Origin: the human T2T-CHM13v2.0 reference genome, Homo sapiens
Strand: one strand, 5' to 3'
Assembly (NCBI RefSeq): GCF_009914755.1
Contig: NC_060928.1
DNA length: 64,000 nt
The notes beneath the pieces were generated by a model, which did no database searches, was not told the origin of the DNA, and worked only from the letters and a program-made list of their open reading frames with translations. This document shows positions 37,062-52,476 of this stretch, piece by piece (within the stretch, counting starts at the first letter, position 1; every line of letters starts with the position of its first letter). Both the position numbers and the translations under genes were made by a program.

Positions 37062-38762
37062 AAGAGTAAATAAATCCATGGAAAACAGAACTCTATACAG
37101 GTCTCTACACATGTGATATAAAACAATGTCTACACTACAAAAATGCATGAGTTCTTGGACTTTTTCATGCCACCATGCTGTTAAAAACAAAACACATGCC
37201 CATGAGTAATACTCCTTTGCATGTAGTAATTTTCAGCCAGTTGAGATAAGGGAAAAGAAGGTAGGGAGAGGGATGACACAGGGGGGAAATTCACTAAAAT
37301 CTCTCAGGATTGGGGAAGCAGAAGTCACTTGATAAAGTCTTCCTGGAAGTTACAACACTTACCCCCCACCACTACAGCAATTTGGGAATCATTGCAGGAC
37401 AGAGGAGGTTTGACATTAGCCCTGCCTCTCTGATCAGAGCCTGTTCAGTGCCTGCACCTTTTTGCTGCCCTAATACTACAGTCTCAAGTCCTCTCAATGT
37501 CCCATGATAATCTGTTTTTAACCCAGTCTGCATAGGAACAGACATTTGATGTAGAAACAGACCCTGGGACTCAAGTGCCTAATTGATGAGAATTTTATCT
37601 CTTTGTCTGAAATTGCATAGTTTTTTTGTTTGTTTGTTTGTTTTGGGTTTTTTAAGATGTGTTTTTATGGTACTTACTGTTGCTTTCCTAATATAATAGC
37701 TATAGCATAGCTCCTTACAATGATAAAACTCAGGAACACCCTCCATCCTCCAGTAGACACTCTGCAAAGATGCCTGCTGCAGTTATCTGTAACTTGAGGG
37801 CGACGTCTCACTATTCATCTCTGTGGTGCAGTAGTAGGAGGCATAATATGGATTGCCTGGTTTTCAGCACTAGCAGAAAATTCCACCCAACTGTACATAC
37901 ATCAACAATTCTGTATTATTTCCAGTACCGAAAAAAAGAGAGATAAAGACATGTTTGTTCCCTGCCTGAGGCAGGCTGTGGCTTTCTTGTTGACCTTTTG
38001 CCCACTCATGTGTGAATCATTTTTACCCCACTCATGTACCCATCCATAGCTGATACCACAACAGAATCTCAAGAAAACACTGTCATGACCAAGAGAGATA
38101 GAGCCATACCAGTTAAAAAGAAACAAAATTGAACTAATCCTTCCATGTCATCTAGTTCCAAGCATACTAAGCGCCTGTAGTCAATACTTAGCTTCTGTCA
38201 GAAAGCCTCCCTGACCCTCAGTGTCTTCATCTTTATATAACCCAGATGCTCACTGTCTCTTCATCCATACATGCTGTTTCTGCTTTGACTTTGGCAACAA
38301 CTTGATGAAGACATCGACTTCTGTGCCAGACTCCACAAGAAATTCAGTCACAGCTGGAAGTTCATGGCTTTGCAAAGATCTTATCCAAAGACTGGTAGAG
38401 CCCTGGGAAGGAGGTCAGATCATGCAAACATTCCACTAAAGAACCCGTACTCTCCAAGGGTTACTTTAAGGGTTATCTCTCTCAGCTTTTCCCCTCCTCC
38501 ATGCAGCCTCAGTGGCCTCTCTCCACACCTAGGCACCTGCCTCCCACAACACTTTTCACCTGGAGAAGACAGTAACCTGTTCCATTTGTCCTCAGAGCAT
38601 GTCTTCCTCAGCCACCCTTCCCAGGACTTACTTCAATGTTTCCAAACAAAGACAGTCCATCCTAGGAGGGGGAGTTGTGGATACAAGCCTTTCCTCTACC
38701 ACAAGAAGAATGGAAAGAGTAATAACATATTCCTCCCCATCCTAGGTTGTAACGGAGGACTA

Positions 38763-39143
<381 letters not shown>

Positions 39144-39430
39144 TTATGATGGCGGTAGTAGCTGTAATGTAACATTAGGGATAGAAGGACCAGTCCACTG
39201 TTTTTCACACATTTGTGGCCACAATGAACAGTAAGAAATCTATTCTGCCACTTGTATACACTACACGCAAACATACACGCATACACACACAGCTGAAACA
39301 GGTTTCACAAAGCAAACCCTACCTTGCTATGTGTAGTCGACTTTAATTTTTTACTCTAGCACCTTCACAACCGGCCGATGAGTCACATGCCTTGCTTAGA
39401 AGAAAACTGATAGAGTCCCACTCTCTTTCC

Positions 39431-39728
<298 letters not shown>

Positions 39729-40029
39729 CCCACTCTCATTCTTTAAAGATGGAGAAGTTGCAGTTTGTACATTTTTTTTAATGAACATTTACTGACAATC
39801 CACTCATAGACACACTGTGCTGAACTTGGGGAATGAAAAGATAATTGCTGCCCTTGAGGACATCATAGTCTAGTAAGAGTGAAGATGCAAATCTGGATAA
39901 CAACCTGCTCAAGTTTATACTATTCCAGGGAAAGAACTAAAATTAATACTAATACTACCCATCTTTTAAAATTACATGTATACAGTTTTTAAAAATAGAA
40001 AAACTCTTCTTTTAATTGTATTCTTACTA

Positions 40030-40305
40030 TTTTTTATTTTTAATTAACAAATAAAAACTTGGATATATTTATGGTATACAACTTGATGTTTTGATGTATG
40101 TATACAATGTGGAATGATTTATCAATTGAATTAACATCTCCATCACCTCATGTACTTACCAGTTTTTATGATGAAAACATTTTAAATCCACTCTCCTAGC
40201 AATTTTCAATTGTACAATACATGATTATTAACTATAGTCACTATGCTGTAAAATAGATCTGCAGTCTAACTGAAACTTCCTACACTTTGGCCAACATCTC
40301 CCCAC
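40030..40305 (-). mobile_element. L1MA 3' end
   Basis: TGTATACAATGTGGAATGATT...ATTAACTATAGTCACTATGCTGTAAAATAGATCT. Confidence 0.8.
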
Positions 40306-40459
40306 AGTTGAGGGAAAAAAAAAACAAAAAACATTTTCATAAATGTTCACGACTTTTGCTCTGTGAACATAAATCTGCTAGAGGTGGAAGATAAACCTCA
40401 GTAGCATAAGACAGAATGTTTGGCCTTCAGGAGCCAAAGAACACAAATTCCTAGTTTTT

Positions 40460-40615
40460 TATAGCATTTTATAGCTTAAAACACTCTTCCATATAACACT
40501 GTTTGTTTTATTTCAATCTTCACAACAATCCCATTGCATTGCTAGTCCCATTTTATGGATAGGAAGCTGAAGCTCAGACAGTGACTCACCCGACGTCACT
40601 CAGTGAGTAGCAGGA
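40460..40615 (-). mobile_element. MIR
   Basis: AATCTTCACAACAATCC...CCCATTTTATGGATAGGAAGCTGAAGCTCAGA. Confidence 0.7.
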
Positions 40616-41683
40616 ATAATAAATCCTTCATGGATTGTAATGGGAAATAGGAGGCAGTGGAGTTAGATCCATTTTACAGGAGGCCTGGGTTTCTCTTGAT
40701 GCAACAGATATAAAATGCTTCAATCCTTCCTAAAAATCAATAAGCTTAAAATCGTTATAAAGATCACCTCAACATGTCAATATATCATAAATGGTCCCCA
40801 TAAACTCTGGTTTATCACCCCTTTCCTGGCACGGACTTCAGTCTGGGGGTAGATGTCAGGAAGCAGGAGTCCAAGACCACTCCCAGTGTCAAGTCTCAAA
40901 GTAAGAGACCCACAACATAAGCTAAAAGTTCATTTCTCCCCCCACCAACCATGGCACTGACTCATATTCTCCACTCCCAGAGTGGCTCTCCTTCTCCAAG
41001 CTGTTTATTTATTTTCAGGAATTCTCACAAGGCTAATGGCAAAAAAACTGACATTTGTCTAAAAGAGCTCAGACTGAGAAAAAACGCAAAGCCCCTGAAG
41101 GGACAGTTGTGTGAACTTGAGAGAGGGGTTTTAAACCCCAGTGGCAAACCAGAGCAAGGGGTCATTGTTAGCATCAGACAGGAGACAAGTTCGACTACAG
41201 TTGATCTATGCAAGGCCTAGAATACTTGTAGAAAAAATATAAATAAATAGAGAATATATAGTACTTCTATTTGTTGGTCTTACAGAGTAATTTTCTTTCT
41301 AAATTCCTTTGTCATTAACACACACAGCAAAACACATATTTACACACAAACAGTACAAATAGAATTTGAAGTGGACTTTACTAAGAATAGCTTATACGTT
41401 TATAAAGGCCATCTCAAGTCCAATAACTTGTAAATTGCTTTCCTTGTAGAAGTAGCGCCAAAAGTTATTTATAATATTAAATGCAAGATTATAATCATGT
41501 TTTAAATGCCAAATATTTTCAGTACAGGATGGAAAAGAAGACTGAAAAGGTAGGCAAATGTCAAATCAAAAAATGTTTTATGTGGCACATTACAGAAATT
41601 ATCTTGTAGAAAATAAGCAGTCATTGAATAATTGTAAGCAATGCTACTTGCATGACACTACTTGCATTATGAAAGATTACCCT

Positions 41684-42318
41684 TGCAGCAGAGGGAGGAT
41701 GCGTTGGAAGAGGGTAAGACGTGGAACAACTTGGGCATTTGGGCAGATATTTTAATATTCCGACAATAAATGTCAATTGTCCTGAGGAGGTGAGGAGAGA
41801 GAATCCTTCGTGGGTCTCTTTATGTTTCTACAAGTCTTGTAAATGAGGCCTTGATTGCTCTCTGTTCCAGACCATCTCTTCAAGGGTTTTTGTATATTGA
41901 ACAGCATTGGGAGATAATAGATAGTGTCTCCTCCAGAAAAAAAGAAAGGTGTGCTTACAGCTGTGGAAGATAGCAGTAGTATCTAACTCTCCCCTGCTCT
42001 GCAGCAAAGAGTAGGCATGCTTACGACCCATCATAAAAGGCTTTTCCTCCCTAAACTCAGGATATCTCTCCTGCTCTGCACCTCACTGTGTATGCAGGTG
42101 TCTTCTGGCTCTCTGTGCATTATCCTGTGGGAATCGGTGCTCGGGAAAATGACACAATAATGCTGACACTGGCGACTGCTTATATTGTGAACAATAAATT
42201 GTCCTTTGTGTTTGACTCCTGGGTCTTGAGTCTTCTACCAGCATCCATGAAACTGTGATAGTTTGTCTTGTTCACTTACAGTTAGGAGGAAATTTCAGTC
42301 CTTTCACAGTCCTTGACA
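41684..42318 (+). mobile_element. ERVL-class LTR (MER76/MER54-like); 5' boundary uncertain
   Basis: TATA-like CATAAAA near 42032, AATAAA near 42193, and 3' end CAGCATCCATGAAACTGTG...TTCACAGTCCTTGACA. Confidence 0.6.
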
Positions 42319-43039
42319 CTGGGCTGTAATTGTTACAGCCAGGAATGGAGAGAAGGGAATGAACGGGAAAGAAATTTGACTGGGTTTGGACAGTAAATAA
42401 AGAAAAATATTAAATTTGAAATAAATGCATTTTTCCTCTTTAATACGTCCCTCCTTTCCAAGAACACGTCTGTGAATCTACTCAATTCTTAGTCTTTTGT
42501 GATGCTAAAAGCAGTAGGAATGAGAGAGAAGTCTGAGAGGTACAGAAGGTTATGGAATTGATTTACATCAGAAAGAGTCCAGAGTAAACCATGAAACAAC
42601 AAAAGAGAGGGGTAGTAAAAGATCTTGGGTTTGGGGATAGTCACAAGCTGGGGTTGAAGAGAGGAAGTTTTTCAGGGAAAGGGAAAAAAGGAGCTCTTCA
42701 GGTATACGATAGAGGGAGAAAGACATGTAGCTATAGATAAAGATAACAGAGAAAGGCAAAAATGAGAAAAGCATATTTCAAAGTTCGCTGTGCATTATGT
42801 GTGGGATATTTTGGGGGGATTCTTTAGAAAATTAAGTAATAGTTTAAAATGTTTTCATTTTTATTTGTCCTGCTTTTTTTGTTTCCAGACTGCTGTTTAT
42901 TTGTCTATGTTTACAATTCAAGGCTCACATTGAGACAAGAGCCAATAGTCCAAGATATAAGTGGGTTACAGGTGCAAAACTGATGAGACAGTGATTGAGT
43001 AGCTGACTGAGCCAGATTTTTTTTAAAGGAGGAATCTGT

Positions 43040-43450
43040 TATAGCACTCAGGTTTCCATCTTAAATATATGATTTTATAGGGTGCCACTTACCACACTAG
43101 ATTATACAGGTGGAGGAGCAGGTTTGAGGGGAATGTTATAGACAATGATCTTGAACTTGTTGAGGTGGGAGTGCCTAAGGAACATGCAAGTAGAGTAGCC
43201 TGAGCTGGAGTCAGTAGCAATGATAAAGCACCTGCAGCAGTGGAATTGGGTGAAAGACTGCCAAGGGTGGATCTCTGGAGCATTTAACAGAGACTGAGAA
43301 AGGCCAGGGAGGTAAAAGAAAACTGGGAGAAATGGTATCATGAAAGCTAGGACTGCATGTCAAGAAAGAGGATCAAACACTGCAGTAAGATCCAGGAAGA
43401 CAAACACTGAGATTGTTCCATTACTTGCCAATCAAGAGGAGAGTGAAGTA
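43040..43450 (-). mobile_element. L2
   Basis: GGTGCCACTTACC...GGAGGAGCAGGTTTGAGGGG...GGAGTCAGTAGCA...CACTGAGATTGTTCCATT. Confidence 0.7.
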
Positions 43451-45130
43451 ATATTTAAACACTCATTCTTGTCTAAATAAAAATAGCAACAGGAGATATA
43501 AAAGATATTTTTTAAAATTTATTTTAGACTCAGGGCGTACGTCTATGGGTTTGTTATATGGATATATTGCATAATACTGGGGTTAAAGCTGCTATTGAAC
43601 CTATCGCCCAAATAGTGAACATAGTAACCAATAGGTAATTTTTCAACCCTTGCCTCCTTTTCTCCTCCCCCACTGTTGGAGTCCTCAGTGTCTATTGTTT
43701 CCATCTTTATATCCATGTGGACCCATTGTTTAGCTCCCACTTACAAGTGAGAACACACAATATTTGATCTTCTGTTTCTGCATTAGTTCACTTAGGATAA
43801 TGGCCTCCAGCTGCACCCATGTTGCGCAAAGAACACAATTTCATTCTTCTTATGACTATATAGTATTCCAGGGAGTATATGTACCACATTTTCTTTATCC
43901 AATCCACCATTTTGGGGCACCTAGGTTGAATACATGACTTTGCTATCATGCTGCAATAAATATATGAGGGCAGGTGCCTTTCTGTTGAATGGCTTACTTT
44001 CCTTTCAGTAGATAACCAGTAATGAGATTGCTGGGTCAAATGGTAGTTCTATTTTTAGTTCTTTGAAAAATCTACAAATTGTTTTCCACAGGTTTGAACT
44101 AATTTACGTTTCCATCAAAAGTGTAAAAGCATTCCCTTTTCTCCATATTCTCAAAAACATTTATTATTTTTTGACATTTTAGTGATAGCCATTCTGACTA
44201 GTGTGAGATGATATCTCATTATGATTTTAATTTACATTTCTCTCATCATTAGCAATGCTGAGCATTTATTCATATGTTTGTGGGCCATTTGTATGTCTTG
44301 TTTTGAGAAGTGTCTATTCACGCTCTTTGCCCGTTTTTTAATGGGACTATTTGTTTTTTCTTGTTGAGTCGTTTATATTCCTTATAGAGTCTAAATATTA
44401 GTTATTTGTTGGATGCATAGTTTGCAAATAATTTCTCCCATTATGTAGGATGTCTGTTTACTCTCTTGATGGCTTCTTTTGCTGTGGAGAAGCTCTTTAA
44501 CTCAATTAGGCTCCAATTGTCTTTTTGTTTTTGTTTTTGTTTTTGTTGAATTCGTTTTTGAGGTCTTAGTTATAAATTATTTGCCTAGCCCAATGTTCTG
44601 AAGAGTTATTCCTAGGTTTTCTTTTAGGATTTTTATAGTTTGAGGACTTACCTTTGAGTCTTTAATCCATCTTGAGTTAATTTTTGTATATCATGAGAGG
44701 TAGTGGTCTAGTTTTATTCTTCTGCATATGACTCACTAGTTATTCCAGCACCATTCATTGAATAGAGTTTCCTTGCCTCATTGTTTATTTTTGTCAACTT
44801 TGCCAAAGATCAGTTGGTTGTAGGTGTGTGACTTTGTTTCTGGGTTCTCTAACCTATTCCATTGGTCTATATATCTATTTTTGTGGCAGTACTATGCTGT
44901 TTTGGTTATGATAGCCTTGAAGTATAGTTTGAAGTTGGGTAATATGATACTTGTGGCTTTGGGTTTTTTTTTTATTTTGTTTTTTGTTTTTATTTTGTTT
45001 TTGTTTTGCTTAGGATTCCTTTAGCTATTCAGGCTCTTTGGTTTTGTATAAATTTTAGAATTACTTTTTCTAATTTTATTAAAATTACATTGGTAATTGG
45101 ATAGGAATTGCACTAAAACTCAAGATTGCT

Positions 45131-46998
45131 CAGCAAAGTCTCAGGATACAAAATCAATGTGCAAAAATCACAAGCATTCCTATACACCAATAAGAGATAA
45201 ACAGAGAGCCAAATCATGAGTGAACTCCAATTCACAATTGCTACAAAGAGAATAAAATACCTAGGAATCCAACTTACAAGGGATGTGAAGGACCTCTTCA
45301 AGGAGAACTACAAACCACTGCTCAAGGAAATAAGAGAGGACACAAACAAATGGAAAAACATTCCATGCTCATTCATATGAAGAATCAGTATTGTGAAAAT
45401 GGCCATACTGCCCAAAGTAATTTATAGATTCAATGCCATCCCCATCAAGCTACCATTGACTTTCTTCACAGAATTAGAAAAAGCTACTTTAAAGCTCATA
45501 TGGAACCAAAAAAGGGCCCATATAGCCAAGACAATCATAAGCCAAAAGAACAAAGCTCGAGGCATCATGCTACCTGACTTCAAACTATACTACAAGGTTA
45601 CAGTAACCAAAACAGCATGGTACTGGTACCAAAACAGATAATAGAACAATGGAACAGAACAGAGGCCTCAGAAGTAACGCCACACATCTACAACCATCTG
45701 ATCTTTGACAAACTTGACAAAAACAAGAAATGGGGAAAGGATTCCCTATTTAATAAATGGTGTTGGGAGAACTGGCTAACCACATGCAGAAAACTGAAAC
45801 TGTGTCCCCTCCTTACACCTTATACAAAAATTAACTCAAGATGGATTAAAGACTTAAACATAAGACCTAAAACCATAAAAACCCTAGAAGAAAGCCTACG
45901 CAATATCATTCAGCAAATAGGCATGGGCAAAGACTTCATGACTAAAACACCAAAAGCAATGGCAACAAAAGCCAAAATTGACAAATTCAATTTAATTAAA
46001 CTAAAGAGTTTCTGCACAGCAAAAGAAACTATCATGAGAGTAAATGGGCAACCTTCAGAATGGGAGAAAATTTTTGCAATCTATCCATCTGACAAAGGGC
46101 TAATATCCAGAATCTACAAAGAACTTAAACAAATTTACAAGAAAAAAACAAACAACCCCATCAAAAAGTGGGTGAAGGATATGAACATACACTTCTCAAA
46201 AGAAGACATTTATGTGGCCAACAAACATATGAAAAAAAGCTCATCATCACTGGTCATTAGAGAAATGCACATCAAAACCACAATGAGATACCATCTCATG
46301 CCAGTTAGAATGGTGATCATTAAAAAGTCAGGAAACAACAGATGCTGGAGAGAATGTGGACAAATTAGAATGCTTTTACACAGTTGGTGGGAGTGTACAT
46401 TAGTTCAATCATTGTGGAAGGCAGTGTGGTGATTCCTCGGGGATCTAGAACCAGAAATACCATTTGACCCAGCAATCCCATTACCAGGTATATACCCAAA
46501 GGATTATAAATCATTTTACTATAAAGACACATGCACACATATGTTTATTGCAGCACTGTTCACAATAGCAAAGACTTGGAACCAACCCAAATGCCCATCC
46601 ATGATAGACTGGATAAAGAAAATGTGGCACATATACACCATGGAATACTATGCAGCCATAAAAAAGAATGAGTTCATGTCCTTTGCAGGGACTTGGATGA
46701 AGCTGGAAACCATCATTCTCAGCAAACTAACACAAGAACAGAAAACCAAACACTGCATGTTCTCACTCATAAGTGGGAGTTGAACAATGAGAACACATGG
46801 ACACAGAGCAGGGAACATCACACACTGGGCCTGTTGGGGGGTGGGGTGCTAGGGGAGGGATAGCATTAGGGATACCTAATGTAGATGACCAGTTGATGGG
46901 TGCAGCAAACCACCATGGCACATGTATACCAGTGTAACAAACCTGCACGTTCTGCACATGTATCCCAGAACTTAAAGTATAAATTAAAAAAAAAAAAA
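45131..46998 (+). mobile_element. LINE-1 L1PA7-like, 5'-truncated (about 1.9 kb)
   Basis: Well preserved ORF2 C-terminus, L1PA 3'UTR with G-rich tract, poly-A; degenerate TSD AAAACTCAAGATTGCT / AAAACCTGAAGATTGCT. Confidence 0.93.
45617..46432 (+). pseudogene. L1 ORF2p C-terminal remnant (271-codon frame, CCHC knuckle)
   Basis: QWNRTEASE...[11 protein letters not shown]...[18 protein letters not shown]. Confidence 0.9.
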
Positions 46999-47115
46999 AC
47001 CTGAAGATTGCTTTGGGTTGTAAGGGCATGTTAAAAATATTGATTCTTCCAATACACAATCATGAAATGTACTTCTATTTCTTTGTGTCATCATTGAGTT
47101 ATTTCATCAGTATTG

Positions 47116-47820
47116 TCAACAAAATACTAGCACACTGAATTCAGCAATACCTCAAAAAGATAATTCATCAATATCAAGTGGGCTTTATTCCTGGAATGCA
47201 AGGATGGTTCAACATATGAAAATCAATAAATGTAATTCACTACATAAACTGAATTTAAAACAAAAACCATATGATTATCTCAATATATGCAGAAAAAGCA
47301 TTTGATAAAATCTAATGTTCCTTCTTGATAAAAATTATCACAAACTAGGCATCAAAGGAACATATTTTAAATTAATAAGAGCCATCTATGACAAACCCAT
47401 GGCCAACATTATACTAAATGGGCAAAAGCTGAAAGCATTTTCCCTAAAAACTGGAACAGGAAAAGAATGTCCACTCTCACCACTCCCATTCAACATAATA
47501 CTGGAAGTCCTTGACAGAACAATTAGGCAAGAAAAAGAAATAAAAGGCATCCAAAGAGGAAAAGAGGAATTCAAATTATCTCTGTTCACTGACCATATGA
47601 TTATACCTAGAAAACACTAAAGATTCCTCCAAAAGACTCCTAGATCTGATAAATGACTTTAGTAAAGTTTCAGAATAAAAAATCAACATACAAAAATTGG
47701 AAGCATTTCTATAAACCAACAGTGTTCAAGCTGAGAACCAAATTAAGAACACAATCTCATTTACAGTAATTACAAAAAAAAATACCCAAGAATGCATCTA
47801 ACAAAGGAGGTGAAAGACTT
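47116..47820 (+). mobile_element. Inverted 5' segment (ORF2 RT region) of the 43510 L1
   Basis: Plus-strand L1 from CAACAAAATACTAGC to AAAGGAGGTGAAAGAC; in L1 coordinates it ends just upstream of where the minus segment begins. Confidence 0.8.
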
Positions 47821-48139
47821 GAAAAAATAATCATATTTTTCAACAAGGTATGCACCCCTGTAGGCCACACGTGGAAGAGAAGCACCTAGCAATAAGTGGT
47901 AAGAGAAGTGAGATCTATAGAGCACTGGGCCAAAAGCCAGCAGGGGCAGCCAAGACTTCATAACTGAGATGGGCAGAGGCCCACGGAGTGTGATGGGATC
48001 CAGCATCAGAGTCAATGCACGAAACCTGGGACTTCATGCATAAAAGGTGACTAAGAAAGCTACGTAGCAGATATCAAACTGGTATCTGGGTCAGCCAGAA
48101 GCAGAGGCAGCCCTGAGGCCAGCTGGGTCCACTGTAAAT

Positions 48140-48475
48140 CACCAGCACATTCTCTCTATGCAGTTCTCCCTTCTCCAACACAAGCGTCCATTCCCCTTGG
48201 CCTTCCAGAACTCCCAGCTCTGTCGTCTCAACTAGGGAAACCATAGACTGCTCAGCTCACCCGTCCCTGTGCCACATCCTGGAAACTATCTCCAGGGAGT
48301 AAGCAGGGAAAATCATAGCTCACCTCACGTGCCTCCCTACTCTCAGGGATCACTGCCCTGCATTGCCTAATGTCTAGCATGTGAAAAGCATTTTCTTATA
48401 TTCTCTACAGTTTTCCATTTTCTTATGTTGAAGGTAAATCTGGTCCCTGTTATTCCACCTTGGCCAGAAGCAGAA
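48140..48475 (-). mobile_element. L1ME-type 5' end fragment
   Basis: Reverse complement TTCTGCTTCTGGCCAAGGTGGAATAACAGGGACCAGATTTACC...GGCAGTGATCCCTGAG; homologous to 24943-25350. Confidence 0.6.
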
Positions 48476-48489
48476 ATTGCTCCTAAATG

Positions 48490-49250
48490 TGATCTGTTTT
48501 TACGTGGTTCACTCCCAAATTTATACTTCCAGCCCTTGCCTCTTCCTCACACTCTAGTTATCTATCTGACAGCTTCATTCAGATGCCTAATCATTACGTC
48601 AAACATAGAATGCCTAGAAGAGTCTTGTTGATTTATTGCCCCAAGTCTGAACCTGTTCCTCCCCTCCCTTGCCCCACTTCTCCTCTCCTCAGTCTGTGGC
48701 ATCCCTGACTTCTCACTTAGGCAAGGAGTTAATGATCCTTTCCATTCCCTCCCCAAATCCTCCCCACTATACACACATACATACTCACATTCAAATAATC
48801 AACAATGTCTGAACAATGAAATCAATTACATAATTTTATTTCATCAAAATACATATTGCAATTGTCCTCTTCTTCCTGCTTTCACCCAGGTTCAGACTAC
48901 CAGCATCTCTCACCTTGAACATCACTGTGGCCTCTCACTGGTCTTCTTTGGTCAACTCATGCCCCTGCCACACTATGTTCCACAGAGCAGATGGAACAAT
49001 ATTTTTACAATATTTATCTAACCATGTTTTTCCTCTGCAAAAGCTTCCTCAATATTTTTTCACTGTGCTTTGAGTAAAACCTGAAGCCCTTTCTGTGGTC
49101 TCCAAGGCACTGCGTAATCTGGACTTTGTTCCCATCTCCCATCTTTCCCACAACACATCAAATGTACTGGCCCCTGTTCCATTCCTTGAGCATGCAAGGC
49201 CACTTCTGCCCCAGGCTCTTTACTTGTGCTGTTCCCTCTACCTTAGAGTG
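48490..49250 (+). mobile_element. L2
   Basis: CCCAGGTTCAGACTACCAGCATCTCTCACC...TCCAAGGCACTGCGTAATCTGG...CCCAGGCTCTTTACTTGTGCTGTTCCCTC. Confidence 0.7.
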
Positions 49251-50204
49251 AGTGCTTACCTAAATGTGATGCCCCAGCTGCCTACCTTGCCTCACCCTGG
49301 TCCTGGCCCTGGGCAGCAAGGATACTTTTGGGGAAATTAGGAAAACAGATCAGATAAGAGTAGACGGTGGTCAAGGTAATAGACAGAAGTAGGCCCATCT
49401 GGAGAAATGGAGAGACCTGGAACCACCAGTGCTCACTCTGCAGTTCACATTACACCTGTCTCCTCACTCACTCTACCTACAAGCACCTTGGCCTGTCTTT
49501 CTGTTTTCTTAACTAGCTTGTTTATCATTTTTTGTAAGTCTTCGGAGTCAATTATTTTAGTCATCTATCACCTCACTAGCCACAAGTGGCATTTTTCGCT
49601 AAAAGGGAGCTCCAAAAACACGTTAGGAAAGGTTTGGGATTCACAGACTCAGAATTCTGGGGCATGATAGCAGAAAAGAAATAGGAAATCATTCATATAG
49701 TCTGGAAATTCTTGAATCACAGCCCCACAAAATGCTTCTGTCTTGGTGCTAGGCAAGATGTCCTAGTAGGAAATCCAAAAATTCATAAAATCTTCCTAGT
49801 TTGTAGGTAGTGTGGTTTGAGTGAGGGGGAATTAAATAAGTACATTAATAATTATTGAATTTAAGTTTTCCTAAAAAGCAGTTTTCTACCATATTTAATG
49901 TTTATCTCCTGTCTTTATTTCATTTTAGATGAATGAGACTTAGCAGAATGTAATGAACAGTTATTTTTCATTTAACACAATAATTCCTGAATCCTGCTAG
50001 GAATACTAGGACCTTCAAGAGCTCTGTCTCCAGAGCATGACTGAGAAATAGGGATCTATTCCTCCTTGATTTCCAGTATAATAAACTGAGATGCCCAAGT
50101 TCACCACATAAGTTGACAAATCTGGGACTCCCACTCCAACCAGTACTATTCCTATTACAATCCACTCTTTTCCCGGTTACTGCTTGTCCAAGCAGGTTTG
50201 TGTC

Positions 50205-51105
<901 letters not shown>

Positions 51106-51149
51106 ACTGATGCGTTAAAGGATTAAAAGGCTTATATTAATATTTTCTT

Positions 51150-51520
51150 AGTAAAATGTATGATCCTGGATAATTTGCTGAATCTCCCAAAGTCTCAGTT
51201 TCCTCACCTGTATACAACTAATAGTACCTACCACATATGGTTATTGTGGAATTCAATTAAATAGTTTCTGCAAGATGCTTCCCACATTTCCTGGCAAAGA
51301 GTGCTTAACAAGTATTATTTGTCTCATATATTAAAGTTTTCAAAGCACTTCCAAGTACATTAGCAACTAGCCTGTAAATGCAGTAAGAGGAGATTATTGT
51401 TATCCACAGTTCACAGATGTGGATATGGAGGTCAGCAAAATCGAGGTGCCCAAGTTGTAACATGCAGGATGAGGCTGCAGAGGAGCCCAGGGCTCAGGTC
51501 TTTGGACTCTAACCCAGCAC
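51150..51520. mobile_element. Two MIRs in opposite orientation
   Basis: TCTCAGTTTCCTCACCTGTA (+) and ATCCACAGTTCACAGATGTGGATATGGAGG (-). Confidence 0.65.
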
Positions 51521-51750
51521 TCTTGCCTGCATGTTTTTCTTCTCCCTCTGTTTTCTAAGGTCTTATTTTTAAAACTCACTTATGACTGATGAATATTAAG
51601 CATATATCAAAATGAATGACTGAAAAATTAAAATGTAAACTTGTGGATTTGGCCCGGGCCAGAAGACATAACACCTGTGTTAGCAGAAGTCAGTGGAAAG
51701 CCTCCGGACATATTTCAGGATCATTTTTTACACGTTAACAAAAAACTCAC

Positions 51751-51830
51751 TTGGCTGCACACAGAAGACAGACATGCCCAAGGACTTCAAGGGTCCCCGA
51801 GTGAGATCATACCCTCCCAGGAAGGAGGCC
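51751..51830 (-). other. Candidate exon (80 nt)
   Basis: Acceptor cctgattcctgtctccag|GGC and donor CAA|gtgagt. Confidence 0.25.
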
Positions 51831-52010
51831 CTGGAGACAGGAATCAGGCTGTTGTGTTTTCCATTCAGGGCTGCATGCATTGTTGCATTTGGTAAATATC
51901 GAGCCATCCAATGTGTAAAAGGATGAGCTATGCTAAAAGGCAGCTGGAAACAGATGTGACATGAACACCTTTGCCTTTCTGTCTTAGTCTGGGGAGAGAC
52001 TGATTTCTTA

Positions 52011-52476
<466 letters not shown>

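Larger units (their letters stand above)
43510..47115 (-). mobile_element. LINE-1 L1PA16/17-like 3' portion, interrupted by an L1PA7-like insertion
   Basis: Minus-strand 3'UTR and ORF2 C-terminus from 43510 to about 45125; continues collinearly at 47001-47115. Confidence 0.88.

Noticed and set aside
45617-46432. Longest ORF (271 aa) as a functional gene
   Set aside because: It is the L1 ORF2p C-terminus in a 5'-truncated element with no promoter, entered through a frameshift.
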